A stretch of 64,000 nt of DNA from the NCBI GenBank assembly GCA_041615815.1, contig JBFJCP010000007.1:32001-96000 (forward strand), given 5' to 3'. Under the pieces are notes generated by a model, which saw only the letters and a program-made list of their open reading frames with translations, made no database searches and was not told where the DNA came from. The DNA comes from Gemmatimonadales bacterium. GTDB lineage: Bacteria; Gemmatimonadota; Gemmatimonadetes; Gemmatimonadales; GWC2-71-9. Positions 1 through 9,449 of the stretch are shown in pieces; position 1 is the first letter of the stretch; the number at the start of each line of letters is the position of its first letter. The position numbers and the translations under genes are program-made.

Positions 1-448
1 TGTCCCATGGGAGAATGATGAAGCTCTCCGTCTCCAGGGCATAGAAATCCGGCTGATACGGCCCCGTCTTGAACGACACTGCGGTGCGTATCTCTGCGGG
101 CGCGAGGCGGCGGACCGCCGAGATGGCGAGCTTCAACGTGTCGCCGCTCTCGCAGGTCTCATCGACGATGAGGACCCGGCGAGCGGTCACACTGGGCGGC
201 GGCGCCGTGACCAAGGTGGGCCGGCGCTCGCTCGCGCGCCTGGTGACCCCCATAGATGCGAAGTCGCGTTGGAGGATGGACGCCACCACGGCGCCGGGAA
301 TGACGCCCGCCTTGGCGATCCCCAGCACGATTTCGGGATCGAAGCTGCCGGAGATACGCAGGGCCAACCCGCGACAGAGCTCTCCGAAGAGCGGCCAATC
401 GACCTCGAGAATGTCACGGGCGGACCCGCCAGACCAAGCTGCAGACAT
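1..448 (-). CDS. Type I phosphoribosyltransferase (partial, runs off window start)
   Basis: Manual translation from ATG 448: MSAAWSGG...VLGIAKAGVIPG...VLIVDETCESGDTL (PRPP-binding loop)...FIILPWD; not in ORF track. Confidence 0.85.
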   Translation of the reverse strand, partial: MSAAWSGGSARDILEVDWPLFGELCRGLALRISGSFDPEIVLGIAKAGVIPGAVVASILQRDFASMGVTRRASERRPTLVTAPPPSVTARRVLIVDETCESGDTLKLAISAVRRLAPAEIRTAVSFKTGPYQPDFYALETESFIILPWD

Positions 449-517
449 GAGACCATGGATACTAGTCGGGGCGCGAACCCCTGACAACCTGGACTATCCC
501 ACCGTAACGGACGCGCG

Positions 518-546
518 TTGCCAAGGAGTTCTGCCTCTAATATCTT
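518..546 (+). promoter_or_regulatory. sigma70-type promoter for TPR gene
   Basis: TTGCCA(518-523)-17 nt-TATCTT(541-546), 9 nt before ATG 556. Confidence 0.6.
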
Positions 547-555
547 CCCGCACGA

Positions 556-969
556 ATGGGACTGTGGAAACGCCTTTTCGGTCGACATGCCGAACTGAAA
601 CCGCAACGCCTCGACTATCTCAACGAGGCGCTGGCCCTGGAACGACAGGGCGACTACGATGCGGCTCTCACCTCGTATCGCCTCGCGCTGCGGGACCATC
701 CCGCCGATCTCCGTATCCTGCAGAACATGGCGATCGCGTATACGAAGACCAACCGTGTCGACGAAGCCATTCGCTACTACCGCAAGGCTCTCGAGATCGA
801 CGAAACCCTGGCAGGTGCCCACTACGGTCTGGCTTTTCTCCTCATGAAACGGGGTGAAACGGAGGCGGCAGCGGAGCACCTCAGAGTGTTCCTCGCTCGT
901 CCACCGGTAGGTCCGGACGCCGACAAGTGGGTCGAGCACGCGAAGCAGACACTGGCGCAGCTCGCATAG
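556..969 (+). CDS. Tetratricopeptide repeat protein
   Basis: TPR-like helices (GDYDAALTSYRLAL, DEAIRYYRKALEID...AHYGLA). Confidence 0.85.
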   Translation: MGLWKRLFGRHAELKPQRLDYLNEALALERQGDYDAALTSYRLALRDHPADLRILQNMAIAYTKTNRVDEAIRYYRKALEIDETLAGAHYGLAFLLMKRGETEAAAEHLRVFLARPPVGPDADKWVEHAKQTLAQLA

Positions 970-974
970 ACGTG

Positions 975-1718
975 ATGCTTCTGCGCGTCTTCCTGCTGGC
1001 CGCGCTCGGGAGTGTCGCCTGTACCGAGTTCCTCGGCAACCTCGATCGGATCATTGCCATCGAGCTCATCGGCTCGATCGCGCCCAAGGTGGAAGAAGGG
1101 GACACGCTGCAGCTGGAGGCCCGCGCACGCCGCGCGGACGGTCAAGTGGTCCCCGACGCCGAGATTCGGTGGGCGATTATCGACGTGGACAGCGGTCAAA
1201 TCGGATTCACGCTCGACTCGGCAACCGGTGTCCTGGTCGCGGTGACGCCGAGTAGCGGCCGGGTGCAGGCGCGGGTGGACGACCTCGCTTCGGGTGCGAT
1301 CACGGTGACGGTGTCCGGGGCACCAGATAGTATCGCGCTCGCTGGACCAGACCGAGTCGTGTTCGATACCACGACCGCCGCCTCTCCGGCGCTCGAGAGT
1401 CTCGTGTTGGACCTGACGACGAGCCCAGGCGATACCCTGGGTCTGCGGGAGAAGACGGTGACCTACACTCTGACGGACCCCCCCGCGGGGAATCCGGCCG
1501 CTGACGGCGTGTTCCTCACGGTGAGTGACACGGTGCCAGGAGCCGACCCGCACGCGATCGGCGTGCAAACGGATGGGAGCGGGAAGGCCTCGGTCTTCCT
1601 CCGCCGTTTGGCCGCACTCACTATTCCGGATTCGGTGGTTGTCGAGGCATCCATCGCAACGGCGATTGGCGACTTTGTTCCCGGCTCACCCATCGTGTTC
1701 GTGGTGGTGATTCAGTAA
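975..1718 (+). CDS. Putative lipoprotein with Ig-like beta domains
   Basis: Signal peptide with lipobox MLLRVFLLAALGSVAC; beta/Thr/Val-rich body. Confidence 0.7.
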   Translation: MLLRVFLLAALGSVACTEFLGNLDRIIAIELIGSIAPKVEEGDTLQLEARARRADGQVVPDAEIRWAIIDVDSGQIGFTLDSATGVLVAVTPSSGRVQARVDDLASGAITVTVSGAPDSIALAGPDRVVFDTTTAASPALESLVLDLTTSPGDTLGLREKTVTYTLTDPPAGNPAADGVFLTVSDTVPGADPHAIGVQTDGSGKASVFLRRLAALTIPDSVVVEASIATAIGDFVPGSPIVFVVVIQ

Positions 1719-1746
1719 TCGGTTGATCCGAAATCGGTTGATCCGA
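1717..1746. repeat. Perfect 15-bp tandem repeat AATCGGTTGATCCGA x2
   Basis: Copies at 1717-1731 and 1732-1746, each containing TCGG-N5-CCGA. Confidence 0.85.
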
Positions 1747-1771
1747 CAACCGCCCGTTGCGGAGGTGAGGT

Positions 1772-3565
1772 GTGCAACAGCCCGAGAATCTCAACCAACT
1801 CTTTTTTGCCGCCACCGAGCGCTTTGCCGCGAAGCGGGCGGCGGTGCGGTACAAAGCGGGTGGAATCTGGCGGGACATGGAGTACACCGACTTGGAGCGC
1901 CGGGTGCGCCATGCTGCCCTTGGACTATGGGAACTTGGCGTGGGAGCTGGCGAGCGTGTCGCGATTCTCTCACACAACCGGCCCGAGTGGGCAATCGCGG
2001 ATTTCGCCTGTCTGACGGCGCGCTGCGCCGATGTCCCCGTGTACCCTACGCTTCCGGCCCAACAGGTGGCGTACATCCTCAAGGATTCGGGCTCGCGCGC
2101 CGTCTTTGTCGAAGACCGAGAGCAGTTCGAAAAGGTGGCAGTCGAACGGCATGGCCTTCCGGATCTCCAGCACGTCATACTCTTCGATGGACCCGCCGAG
2201 GGAGCCAACGTCCACACCTTCGATGACATTCTGCGTCTCGGCGCCGAGGCCGAGGAGAAATACCCCAGGTATCGCGATGAAGCGCTGAGCGTGCCTCGAG
2301 ATGCACTGGCCACGCTCATCTACACATCGGGAACCACCGGATCGCCGAAGGGCGTGATGCTCACGCACCACAATTTCTGCTCCAACGTGCTTGCCGGGCT
2401 CCAAGTTCTGGTGATCGGTCCGGACGATTCGTGTCTCTCACTTCTCCCGCTGTCGCACAGCTTCGAGCGCATGGCCGGGCATTACACGATGTTCCACGGC
2501 GGTGTGACCATTAATTACGCCGAGAGTGTCGAGCAGGTCCCGGCCAACCTCCTGGAGACGCGACCAAGCGTGGTCCTCTCGGTCCCGCGGCTCTTCGAGA
2601 AGATCTACGCCCGTGTGCTGGAGAATGCACTCGCGGGAGGAGCGCTCAAGCGCCGCATCTTCTTCTGGGCGCGCCGCCATGCCGAAGCCTGGGCGGACAA
2701 AAAGCTAGCCAAGGAATCGATTCCGGTCGGGCTCGCGGCCAAGAAGGCGCTGGCGGACAAGCTGGTCTTTGGCAAGCTCGTGGCACGCACCGGAGGCGGG
2801 ATTCGGTTTTTCGTCTCGGGGGGGGCCCCACTCAGCCCGGAGATCGCCAAGTTCTTCTTTGCGGCAGGCCTCCCGATCCTCGAAGGGTACGGACTCACCG
2901 AAACGTCGCCGGTCATTAGTGTGAACACGCTGGAGGATCTCCGACTCGGAACCGTCGGGAAACCCATTCCAGGTGTCGAAGTGCGGATCGCGGACGACGG
3001 CGAGATTCTGGCACGCGGTCCCAACATCATGCTGGGGTACTTCAACAAACCGGACGCCACCAGGGAAGTCATCGACGCGGAGGGGTGGTTCCACACCGGA
3101 GACGTGGGCGAACTCGACGACGACGGCTTTCTCAAGATCACCGACCGTAAGAAAGACATCATCGTCACCGCCGGCGGTAAGAACATCGCGCCCCAACCCA
3201 TCGAGAACATGGTGAAAACGAACCCGTTCGTTCTCAACGCCGTGATGATTGGGGACAAGCGCAAGTTCCCATCGATGATCGTGGTGCCCGATCTCGATGC
3301 TCTGAAGAAATGGGCCGAGGAACGCAAGCTGGAGGTGCCCGATCCAACGACGTTCCTCGCGATGCCCGATGTCGTGGCCAAGATGGAACGCGAGGTGATG
3401 GGGAACCTTCGAGATCTGGCCAGCTTCGAGATGCCCAAGAAGCTCGTGTTGATTCCCGAAGATTTCACCATCGAAAGCGGCGAGCTGACCCCGACGCTCA
3501 AGGTGAAGCGACGAGTGATCGAAACCAAGTTCAAGAAGGAAATCGACGCCCTGTACGCCGAATAG
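1772..3565 (+). CDS. fadD: Long-chain fatty-acid--CoA ligase (AMP-dependent synthetase)
   Basis: YTSGTTGSPKG, EGYGLTET, GWFHTGDVG, DRKKD motifs; SD GGAGG before GTG. Confidence 0.92.
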   Translation: MQQPENLNQLFFAATERFAAKRAAVRYKAGGIWRDMEYTDLERRVRHAALGLWELGVGAGERVAILSHNRPEWAIADFACLTARCADVPVYPTLPAQQVAYILKDSGSRAVFVEDREQFEKVAVERHGLPDLQHVILFDGPAEGANVHTFDDILRLGAEAEEKYPRYRDEALSVPRDALATLIYTSGTTGSPKGVMLTHHNFCSNVLAGLQVLVIGPDDSCLSLLPLSHSFERMAGHYTMFHGGVTINYAESVEQVPANLLETRPSVVLSVPRLFEKIYARVLENALAGGALKRRIFFWARRHAEAWADKKLAKESIPVGLAAKKALADKLVFGKLVARTGGGIRFFVSGGAPLSPEIAKFFFAAGLPILEGYGLTETSPVISVNTLEDLRLGTVGKPIPGVEVRIADDGEILARGPNIMLGYFNKPDATREVIDAEGWFHTGDVGELDDDGFLKITDRKKDIIVTAGGKNIAPQPIENMVKTNPFVLNAVMIGDKRKFPSMIVVPDLDALKKWAEERKLEVPDPTTFLAMPDVVAKMEREVMGNLRDLASFEMPKKLVLIPEDFTIESGELTPTLKVKRRVIETKFKKEIDALYAE

Positions 3566-3597
3566 GGCTACGCCGGCACGCAACGAACTGGCGACGG

Positions 3598-4182
3598 TCA
3601 GTCGGTCTTCCTCCCGACAAAGAGCCCCCGATCCGCTGCCAGCGTCTCCACACCGGGCACCGCCTCCTCCCTCGCGCCGAGCACGAGGCGCTGGCCTCGC
3701 AGCACCACCCGCACACCTTCCCCAATCCAGGGCGGACGCACGTGCTCGATCCCAATGGCAACCCCGCGCATCACCGCGGTCCGTAGGGGGATCACCCGCT
3801 CCGACCGGAGAAGGCTGAGGTACGGCGAGGGCACCACGTCCGACGGCGGATTGATGCCCACGAGGTGCACACCGTCCATCAGTCCAGCCAGCTCCGCCTC
3901 CAGGTGGCACCAGGACCCGACCAGTGCCACAAACCCGCCCGGGCTGGTCAGCCCCAGCAGGGCGCAGACGGTTGCGGCCTCAGGGAGTGGACCCGCGGGA
4001 GGCTCCGGATTGACACCGAATTCGACGACGCCGTCCCGGATGGGGTACTCGCGCCGACAAACCGGACACCCGATGGCGCCGCGGATGACCCGCCGATCCA
4101 CCATCGCCTCGGGGAGCAACACGCAGTGGGCGTCCGGATGGGGCTCGGGACAGCGGAGGTATTCGGTGAGCTCGATGAACAC
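3598..4182 (-). CDS. Trm112-like N-terminal domain plus degenerate methyltransferase-like region
   Basis: LRCP...GAIGCPVCRREYPIRDGV resembles Trm112; C-terminal Rossmann-like pattern ending VRVVLRGQRLV. Confidence 0.6.
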   Translation of the reverse strand: MFIELTEYLRCPEPHPDAHCVLLPEAMVDRRVIRGAIGCPVCRREYPIRDGVVEFGVNPEPPAGPLPEAATVCALLGLTSPGGFVALVGSWCHLEAELAGLMDGVHLVGINPPSDVVPSPYLSLLRSERVIPLRTAVMRGVAIGIEHVRPPWIGEGVRVVLRGQRLVLGAREEAVPGVETLAADRGLFVGRKTD

Positions 4183-4191
4183 GGAGGGGGA

Positions 4192-4890
4192 TCAAGACGC
4201 CGGCATGAGCCGCAGAACATCGACGTTGACCGTGGATGGGCGGGTGACCGCGAATACCACGGCCTCGGCGACGTCGTCCGGCCGGAGCATCGAGGCGCGG
4301 GCAGGGAGATCTTCTCGTCCATTGGGATCCAGCGGATCCCACAGCCGCGTGTCTGTCGCGCCGGGCGAAATCAGCGTGGCCTGCACTCCGGTACCCTGCA
4401 ACTCCTCCTGCAGCACGGCGTGGAGTGCCCGCACGCCGTGCTTGCTGGCGCCGTAGGCGGCATTTCCGGGAAAGATGCGGTGATCCGCCACGCTTCCGAT
4501 GGTCACAATGCGTCCGCTTCCCCGCTGGAGGAGATGGGGAAGCACGGCACGGACGACGAGAAACGGACCGATGACATTGATGGCGAGCTGTTGTTCGAAC
4601 TCGGCTGACGTGGTGTCTACGAGTGGTTTGAGGAGAAACGCACCGGCGTTGTTGACCACGATGGTGGGAACCCCATGCTGGGCGATCACGAGGTCTACTG
4701 CGCGTTGGACTGCTGCTTCGTCCGTCACATCGCAACGCACGTCCACCAACGACTCGCCCGCTTCATCCTCCAGACTACGTGCCAGCCGCGCCACCTTTGC
4801 GCCTGCCCTCTGTAGGGCCTCGGCAATGGCCAATCCGATCCCGCGGCTCGCACCGGTGACGAGCGCGAGATCTCCAGCGAGGCTACTCAC
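4192..4890 (-). CDS. Short-chain dehydrogenase/reductase
   Basis: [17 protein letters not shown] motifs. Confidence 0.92.
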   Translation of the reverse strand: MSSLAGDLALVTGASRGIGLAIAEALQRAGAKVARLARSLEDEAGESLVDVRCDVTDEAAVQRAVDLVIAQHGVPTIVVNNAGAFLLKPLVDTTSAEFEQQLAINVIGPFLVVRAVLPHLLQRGSGRIVTIGSVADHRIFPGNAAYGASKHGVRALHAVLQEELQGTGVQATLISPGATDTRLWDPLDPNGREDLPARASMLRPDDVAEAVVFAVTRPSTVNVDVLRLMPAS

Positions 4891-5522
4891 CCCAGCCAGT
4901 TGCCGCCGTGCGCTAGGCGCAGAAATTCGTCCCGCGTCTTCCCATCGTGGAAGCTCCCCCGGAGGGCACTGGTGACGGTTTTCGAGTTTTGCTTCTCGAC
5001 CCCCCGCATCATCATGCAGAGATGGTAGGCCTCCACCACCACACCTACGCCATGCGGATTGAGGACGCGCATCAACTCATCCGCAATCTCGTCCGTCATC
5101 CGTTCCTGTACCTGGAGGCGACGGGCAAACACGTCGACAACACGGGCAATTTTCGACAACCCGATGATCTTGCCCTTGGGCAGGTAAGCGACGTGTGCTT
5201 TGCCAAAGAAAGGGAGCATGTGGTGCTCGCACATCGAGTAGATCTCGATGTCCCGCACCAGAATCATGCTTTCATGGGGCTCCTCGAAAATCGCTCCGGC
5301 AACGATATCGTCCACCGACTCCTGATACCCTCGGGTGAGCCACCGCATGGATGCCTCCACCCGCGCGGGCGTCCGCTTGAGCCCTTCGCGCTCCGGCTCC
5401 TCCCCCAACATGATCAGCATCCGGCGCACCAGATCCTGAAAGTCCGGCTGGTGCGTGGAGTGCGTGAGGGGCAGCACCCTCGGTTCCGGTTCGCGGAGCC
5501 GCTCTTCAGAATGATCACTCAT
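4887..5522 (-). CDS. folE: GTP cyclohydrolase I
   Basis: [28 protein letters not shown]. Confidence 0.96.
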   Translation of the reverse strand: MSDHSEERLREPEPRVLPLTHSTHQPDFQDLVRRMLIMLGEEPEREGLKRTPARVEASMRWLTRGYQESVDDIVAGAIFEEPHESMILVRDIEIYSMCEHHMLPFFGKAHVAYLPKGKIIGLSKIARVVDVFARRLQVQERMTDEIADELMRVLNPHGVGVVVEAYHLCMMMRGVEKQNSKTVTSALRGSFHDGKTRDEFLRLAHGGNWLG

Positions 5523-5668
5523 CCGCCCATCCTCGTAATACGGGTGTTTCGTGCATGACCGTCATACCGGGGGGTCTCGCGCTCGATTTGGAGGGTAACG
5601 GCCTCGCGCCGCGAATGCTACCGGGCCGAGGTCCAGCAGATGATCATGGAGAAGAGACCCGCAGGGAG

Positions 5669-5833
5669 AAAAAAACGGAGCTGAAGAGAATTATTGCAGC
5701 CCGATTCCGCAGGATCCGCGTCACCGCCACGGCGTCTGCCCTCCCCACCCCGGGGCACGACATCAGCCACAGCAAGCGGGCGCGTTGTCGAGCTCTGTTG
5801 GCGCAATAATGACGCTCTTCAGCCCCGCAACCG
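5669..5833 (-). ncRNA. Rod-shaped structured ncRNA, candidate 6S RNA
   Basis: Nested long-range stems CGGGGCUGAAGAG/CUCUUCAGCUCCG, AUUAUUGC/GCAAUAAU, AGCUCGA/UCGGGCU, central bubble, apical UGCCC/GGGCA; ends in U7; promoter directly upstream. Confidence 0.7.
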
Positions 5834-5839
5834 CGAACG

Positions 5840-5868
5840 AATATAGGGTAGCGTTTTCACACCGTCAA
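5840..5868 (-). promoter_or_regulatory. sigma70-type promoter for the ncRNA
   Basis: TTGACG(5868-5863)-17 nt-TATATT(5845-5840). Confidence 0.75.
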
Positions 5869-5905
5869 GCAGACATTTCCCCTAATGAAAACTCAGGATA
5901 CCTTC

Positions 5906-6064
5906 ATGAATATTTCCCTGATCGCTGCCATAGTCTGTGTGGTTGCATGGGTGGTGCTGGCGTTCGTCGTGGCAATTCCGACGGGCTGGGTACATCTACC
6001 GTTGGCACTCGCGTCCGTCCTGTTCGCCAAGGGAGTAGTGGAGGCTGACACGTCTCGTGAGTGA
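5906..6064 (+). CDS. Small membrane protein (52 aa; lmo0937/DUF5670-like)
   Basis: MNISLIAAIVCVVAWVVLAFVVAIPTGWVHLPLALASVLFAKGVVEADTSRE; two hydrophobic segments around GWVHL; alternative in-frame ATG at 5885; below ORF-track cutoff. Confidence 0.65.
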   Translation: MNISLIAAIVCVVAWVVLAFVVAIPTGWVHLPLALASVLFAKGVVEADTSRE

Positions 6065-7039
6065 TCAAATCTCCCAATTGGAGAATAGTACCTCCCCCGG
6101 AGGTAGCATCACCTCCGGATATCCCTCGAGGGTCATGCGGAGATCGGTCCATCGAACGCGATAGTCGCGATTGATCAACTCGCGATACGCCTCCCGGTGG
6201 GCCGTCTGACACCGCACCGCAACCCGGCGGATGCGATGCCGAGCCGCACACGACTCCAGTGCCACCAGCAGTCGATCAAACGTATCCGGTGAGTCCGCGA
6301 AGAGCTTGAGCACCCGGAGCTCATCTGCCGGCCGCGCATCGGCCAGCGGTGCCGAATGCCAGAGGGCGAAACCCGCGACACCACCTTCCCGCTCCACGAT
6401 CACCGTATCGCCTATACCGAGCTCGGCGGTCAACTCGATTTCCCGACTGAAGTCACAGCCCGCCGCCGAGCGATCCAGACGCTCCCGACAGCGCGTCACG
6501 AGCCCGCCCCGATCCGCCTGCGGCACTTTCGACAGGCGCAGGAACTTGCCTCGGATGCTGCGCTGTCTGACCTCACCGGTCAGGGTCACGGTGAGGTGTT
6601 GGGGCACGAAGCCCAGCCGACTGTAGAATCCGATGTTCTCGACGGTCCGCGGCATCGTCTCCAACCCTAGGGTGCGCACCCCTTGTTCCCGCAACCAGGT
6701 CACCGCGGTTTCGACGATGACGCGTCCCACCCCGAGGCCCTGCCGATCGTTACGCACCGCCAACGGCCCCATCCACCCCTCCGTCCCCGAATGGTGCGCG
6801 ATGTTGAACGCTACCATGCCCCCGCGCTCGTCGTCCCACCGCATCGCGCCAGCGCCGGCATCTTCGATGGCATAGCGCCAGATCACCGGATTCAATTGGG
6901 GAACACGAACGCCTACCAAACCGTCCCGCCGATATCGGTCGGTGAACGCGTCTGAGAAGATGCGATTCAACTGGCCGATGTCGTCCACCGAGGCCGGGCG
7001 TGGTCCTTGGATCGCCGCGTCAGGCCGCCACATCTTCAT
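6065..7039 (-). CDS. GNAT family N-acetyltransferase (tandem GNAT domains)
   Basis: GPLAVRNDRQGLGVG acetyl-CoA motif, NIGFYSRLGF; second GNAT-like half. Confidence 0.85.
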   Translation of the reverse strand: MKMWRPDAAIQGPRPASVDDIGQLNRIFSDAFTDRYRRDGLVGVRVPQLNPVIWRYAIEDAGAGAMRWDDERGGMVAFNIAHHSGTEGWMGPLAVRNDRQGLGVGRVIVETAVTWLREQGVRTLGLETMPRTVENIGFYSRLGFVPQHLTVTLTGEVRQRSIRGKFLRLSKVPQADRGGLVTRCRERLDRSAAGCDFSREIELTAELGIGDTVIVEREGGVAGFALWHSAPLADARPADELRVLKLFADSPDTFDRLLVALESCAARHRIRRVAVRCQTAHREAYRELINRDYRVRWTDLRMTLEGYPEVMLPPGEVLFSNWEI

Positions 7040-9449
7040 CAGGAAGCCCTCCTTGATCGTCGGTCACCACGGCAGCGCCCCGTTGTTCGTCCAGATCCAC
7101 ACGGATGACGCGGTCCACCCCCTCCCGAATCGATTCGATGTGGGTAATGAGTACCACCTGCGGGAATCGGTCCGCCAGCCGCCTGAGAAGCGCTACGACG
7201 TTGTGACGGCGATGCTCATCCAGACTGCCAAAGATCTCGTCCAGAACCAGCAGAGACAACGGTTGCCCGGCCCGCTCCGCGACCATCTGACTGATGGCCA
7301 AGCGGAGGACCAGATTGGCGAGATCCTCTTCACCGCCGGAGATGACCGGCTTGGACACCCCTTCCTCCATCACCAGAATCTGATACTGCTCGTCCAGCTC
7401 GAGCTCGGCGTAGCGGCCGTCCGTCAACTCGGCGAGAAACACCGAGGCGCGTTCCGAGAGCTCCGGGCGCATCGCGGCGTTGAGTTCCGCGCGAAGATCG
7501 TGCAGCGCCCGGTCGAGCTCATCATGTAAGCGGAGGACCGTCTTCAGTTCGCCGATCCGCACAGCCCTCTCCTCGCGCTCTCGGCGCCGCCGATCGATCG
7601 ACTCGAGTGCCAGCTCTGCCGCTTTGAGATCCCCCTTCCCATTCGCCAGCGCCAGTTCCGCTGCTCGGACCGCCCCTTGGGCTTCCTCGTGCCGGCGACG
7701 CGCCTCCTCGTACTGCGCCTGGCTGAAGCCGAGCGCGGCCACCGCCGCCTCGAGATCGGCAACGCGCTGTTCCTGCCCGGACAGGGCGCGCTCCGCCTCC
7801 TCCGCCTCTCCCACGAGCTGCTCGGCACGTTCTGCCTTGACCCGGTGTTGCGTGGCAAGTTGGATCGCCGGCTCGAGCGCCTTCAGGTCCTGACGCACGG
7901 TGTCGTGCCGCTCGGCATCATAACGGTCTGGGAGCGATGCCATGTCCCGCTCGAGCTGCGCCTTGCGGTCCTCCGCCTGCGAGCGATCGCGTTCGAGCGT
8001 GGCGCGCTCCCGTAGCCGGTCTTCCAGCCGGGCCACCTCCTGTACGGCCCGCTCCACCCGCTGCCCAGTGTCCGCCACTCGTTTTGCTGCAGTCTGGACC
8101 TCCAAAGGTTCCGCTCCCAACTGTTCCACCCGTGCCTTGAAGAATTTCCCTTGGACCTCGATTTCTTCGAGCTGACGCTCCAGCGTTCCTACGACCGCCT
8201 GGAATTCGTCTCCCAACGGCCGCGCACAGGTAGGGCACTTTCCGTCTGGTCCCGCCGAGAGAATGCTCTGGCGATGCTCTTGAATCTCCTTGTATTGGTC
8301 GCGCAGGTTCAGGCGTTTGGTCTCCGCATCTTGGCGGTCCCGCACCCACGCCGTGTGCGCCTGCTCTTCGGCCTCCTCCGCCTCGCGGAGATCTCGCCGA
8401 ACACCCGTCAGGACCGCCTGCGCTTCCTCCAATGCGGCGTCGAGATTCCCCATCTCGAGCACGCGTTCCCGTAGCCGATCGAGCTGTTCACAGAGCTCGC
8501 TCAGCTTCCCGGTCAACGAGCGGCGCCGACCGGCGGCTTTAGCCTCCGCCTCCAATCGGTCCAACTCTTCCTTGAGCGGCCCCACCCGATCGAGGTCCGT
8601 CCGCAATTCGTCCAGGCGGCTCCGGGCGTTCAGGGCATCGGCGAGCTCCCGATCCAGCCGTTCGAACTCCCGTTTGGCTTCGGCCACATCGCGCACGGCC
8701 ATGCGGCGTTCAGCGTCCAACGATGACGCCCGGTCACGCTGCTCCAGCATGCGCTCCCATTGGGGACGTTCACTCTCCAGTAAACGTTGCGCCTCCGCTT
8801 GAGCCCGCGCGGCGCGATCGACATCCTCGCGTGCGAGCGTCACCTGCGCAGTGGCCGCCTCCGCCTCTCCCCGAAGCTGCTCGGGGTCCGGGAGACCACG
8901 CTCGAGGCCCGCGAGCTCGCCTTTCAGCTCCGTGCGCGCTCCGCGAACGCGATCCTGCACTCGCCGCAGTTTCTCGTACCCAAGGATGCGAGAAAGAAAC
9001 CGCGCCCGATCCGTGGGCCCCATGGCGGCCATGACGGCGAGTTCTTTCTGTCCGGTGAAATAGGTGTTGAAAAATTCCGTGCGGGTCATGCCGAGAAGCC
9101 GTTCGACGCGTGCCGTGACCTCTTGCTGGGCGTTGACGATGGGGGCGTCAAATCGATCCTGATACAGCTCGGCGCCGTAGAGCCCACGGGTCACGCGGTA
9201 CTCGTGCGCACCGAGGGCGAAGTCCACCTCGACCCGAACCTGCGAGCGTGCCGGTGCGCGGTTCCAACGAATGGAGTCACGCGTCCCTCGGGCTGCGGGC
9301 GTCCCGTAGAACGCCCACGCGATTGCCTCGAGCAGCGTCGTCTTCCCGGACCCGTTGGGACCAATGATGGCGGTGATACCCGAGCCCAGCACGATTTCCG
9401 TCTGGGCGTGCTGGCGAAAGTTGACTAGGCGCAGGCGGTGGAGCCGCAT
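7020..9449 (-). CDS. sbcC: Rad50/SbcC SMC-family ATPase
   Basis: Walker A GPNGSGKTT, long coiled coil with CPTC zinc hook, SGGE signature, LLVLDEIFGSLD, ITH. Confidence 0.93.
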   Translation of the reverse strand: MRLHRLRLVNFRQHAQTEIVLGSGITAIIGPNGSGKTTLLEAIAWAFYGTPAARGTRDSIRWNRAPARSQVRVEVDFALGAHEYRVTRGLYGAELYQDRFDAPIVNAQQEVTARVERLLGMTRTEFFNTYFTGQKELAVMAAMGPTDRARFLSRILGYEKLRRVQDRVRGARTELKGELAGLERGLPDPEQLRGEAEAATAQVTLAREDVDRAARAQAEAQRLLESERPQWERMLEQRDRASSLDAERRMAVRDVAEAKREFERLDRELADALNARSRLDELRTDLDRVGPLKEELDRLEAEAKAAGRRRSLTGKLSELCEQLDRLRERVLEMGNLDAALEEAQAVLTGVRRDLREAEEAEEQAHTAWVRDRQDAETKRLNLRDQYKEIQEHRQSILSAGPDGKCPTCARPLGDEFQAVVGTLERQLEEIEVQGKFFKARVEQLGAEPLEVQTAAKRVADTGQRVERAVQEVARLEDRLRERATLERDRSQAEDRKAQLERDMASLPDRYDAERHDTVRQDLKALEPAIQLATQHRVKAERAEQLVGEAEEAERALSGQEQRVADLEAAVAALGFSQAQYEEARRRHEEAQGAVRAAELALANGKGDLKAAELALESIDRRRREREERAVRIGELKTVLRLHDELDRALHDLRAELNAAMRPELSERASVFLAELTDGRYAELELDEQYQILVMEEGVSKPVISGGEEDLANLVLRLAISQMVAERAGQPLSLLVLDEIFGSLDEHRRHNVVALLRRLADRFPQVVLITHIESIREGVDRVIRVDLDEQRGAAVVTDDQGGLPDEDVAA

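Noticed and set aside
5555..5809. Short ORFs 5555..5809(+) and 5618..5806(-)
   Set aside because: No recognisable protein features; extensive self-complementarity and a promoter fit an RNA gene better.
5669..6064. Type I toxin-antitoxin pair (ncRNA plus small hydrophobic protein)
   Set aside because: The two are divergent and non-overlapping, and I found no obvious complementarity between them.
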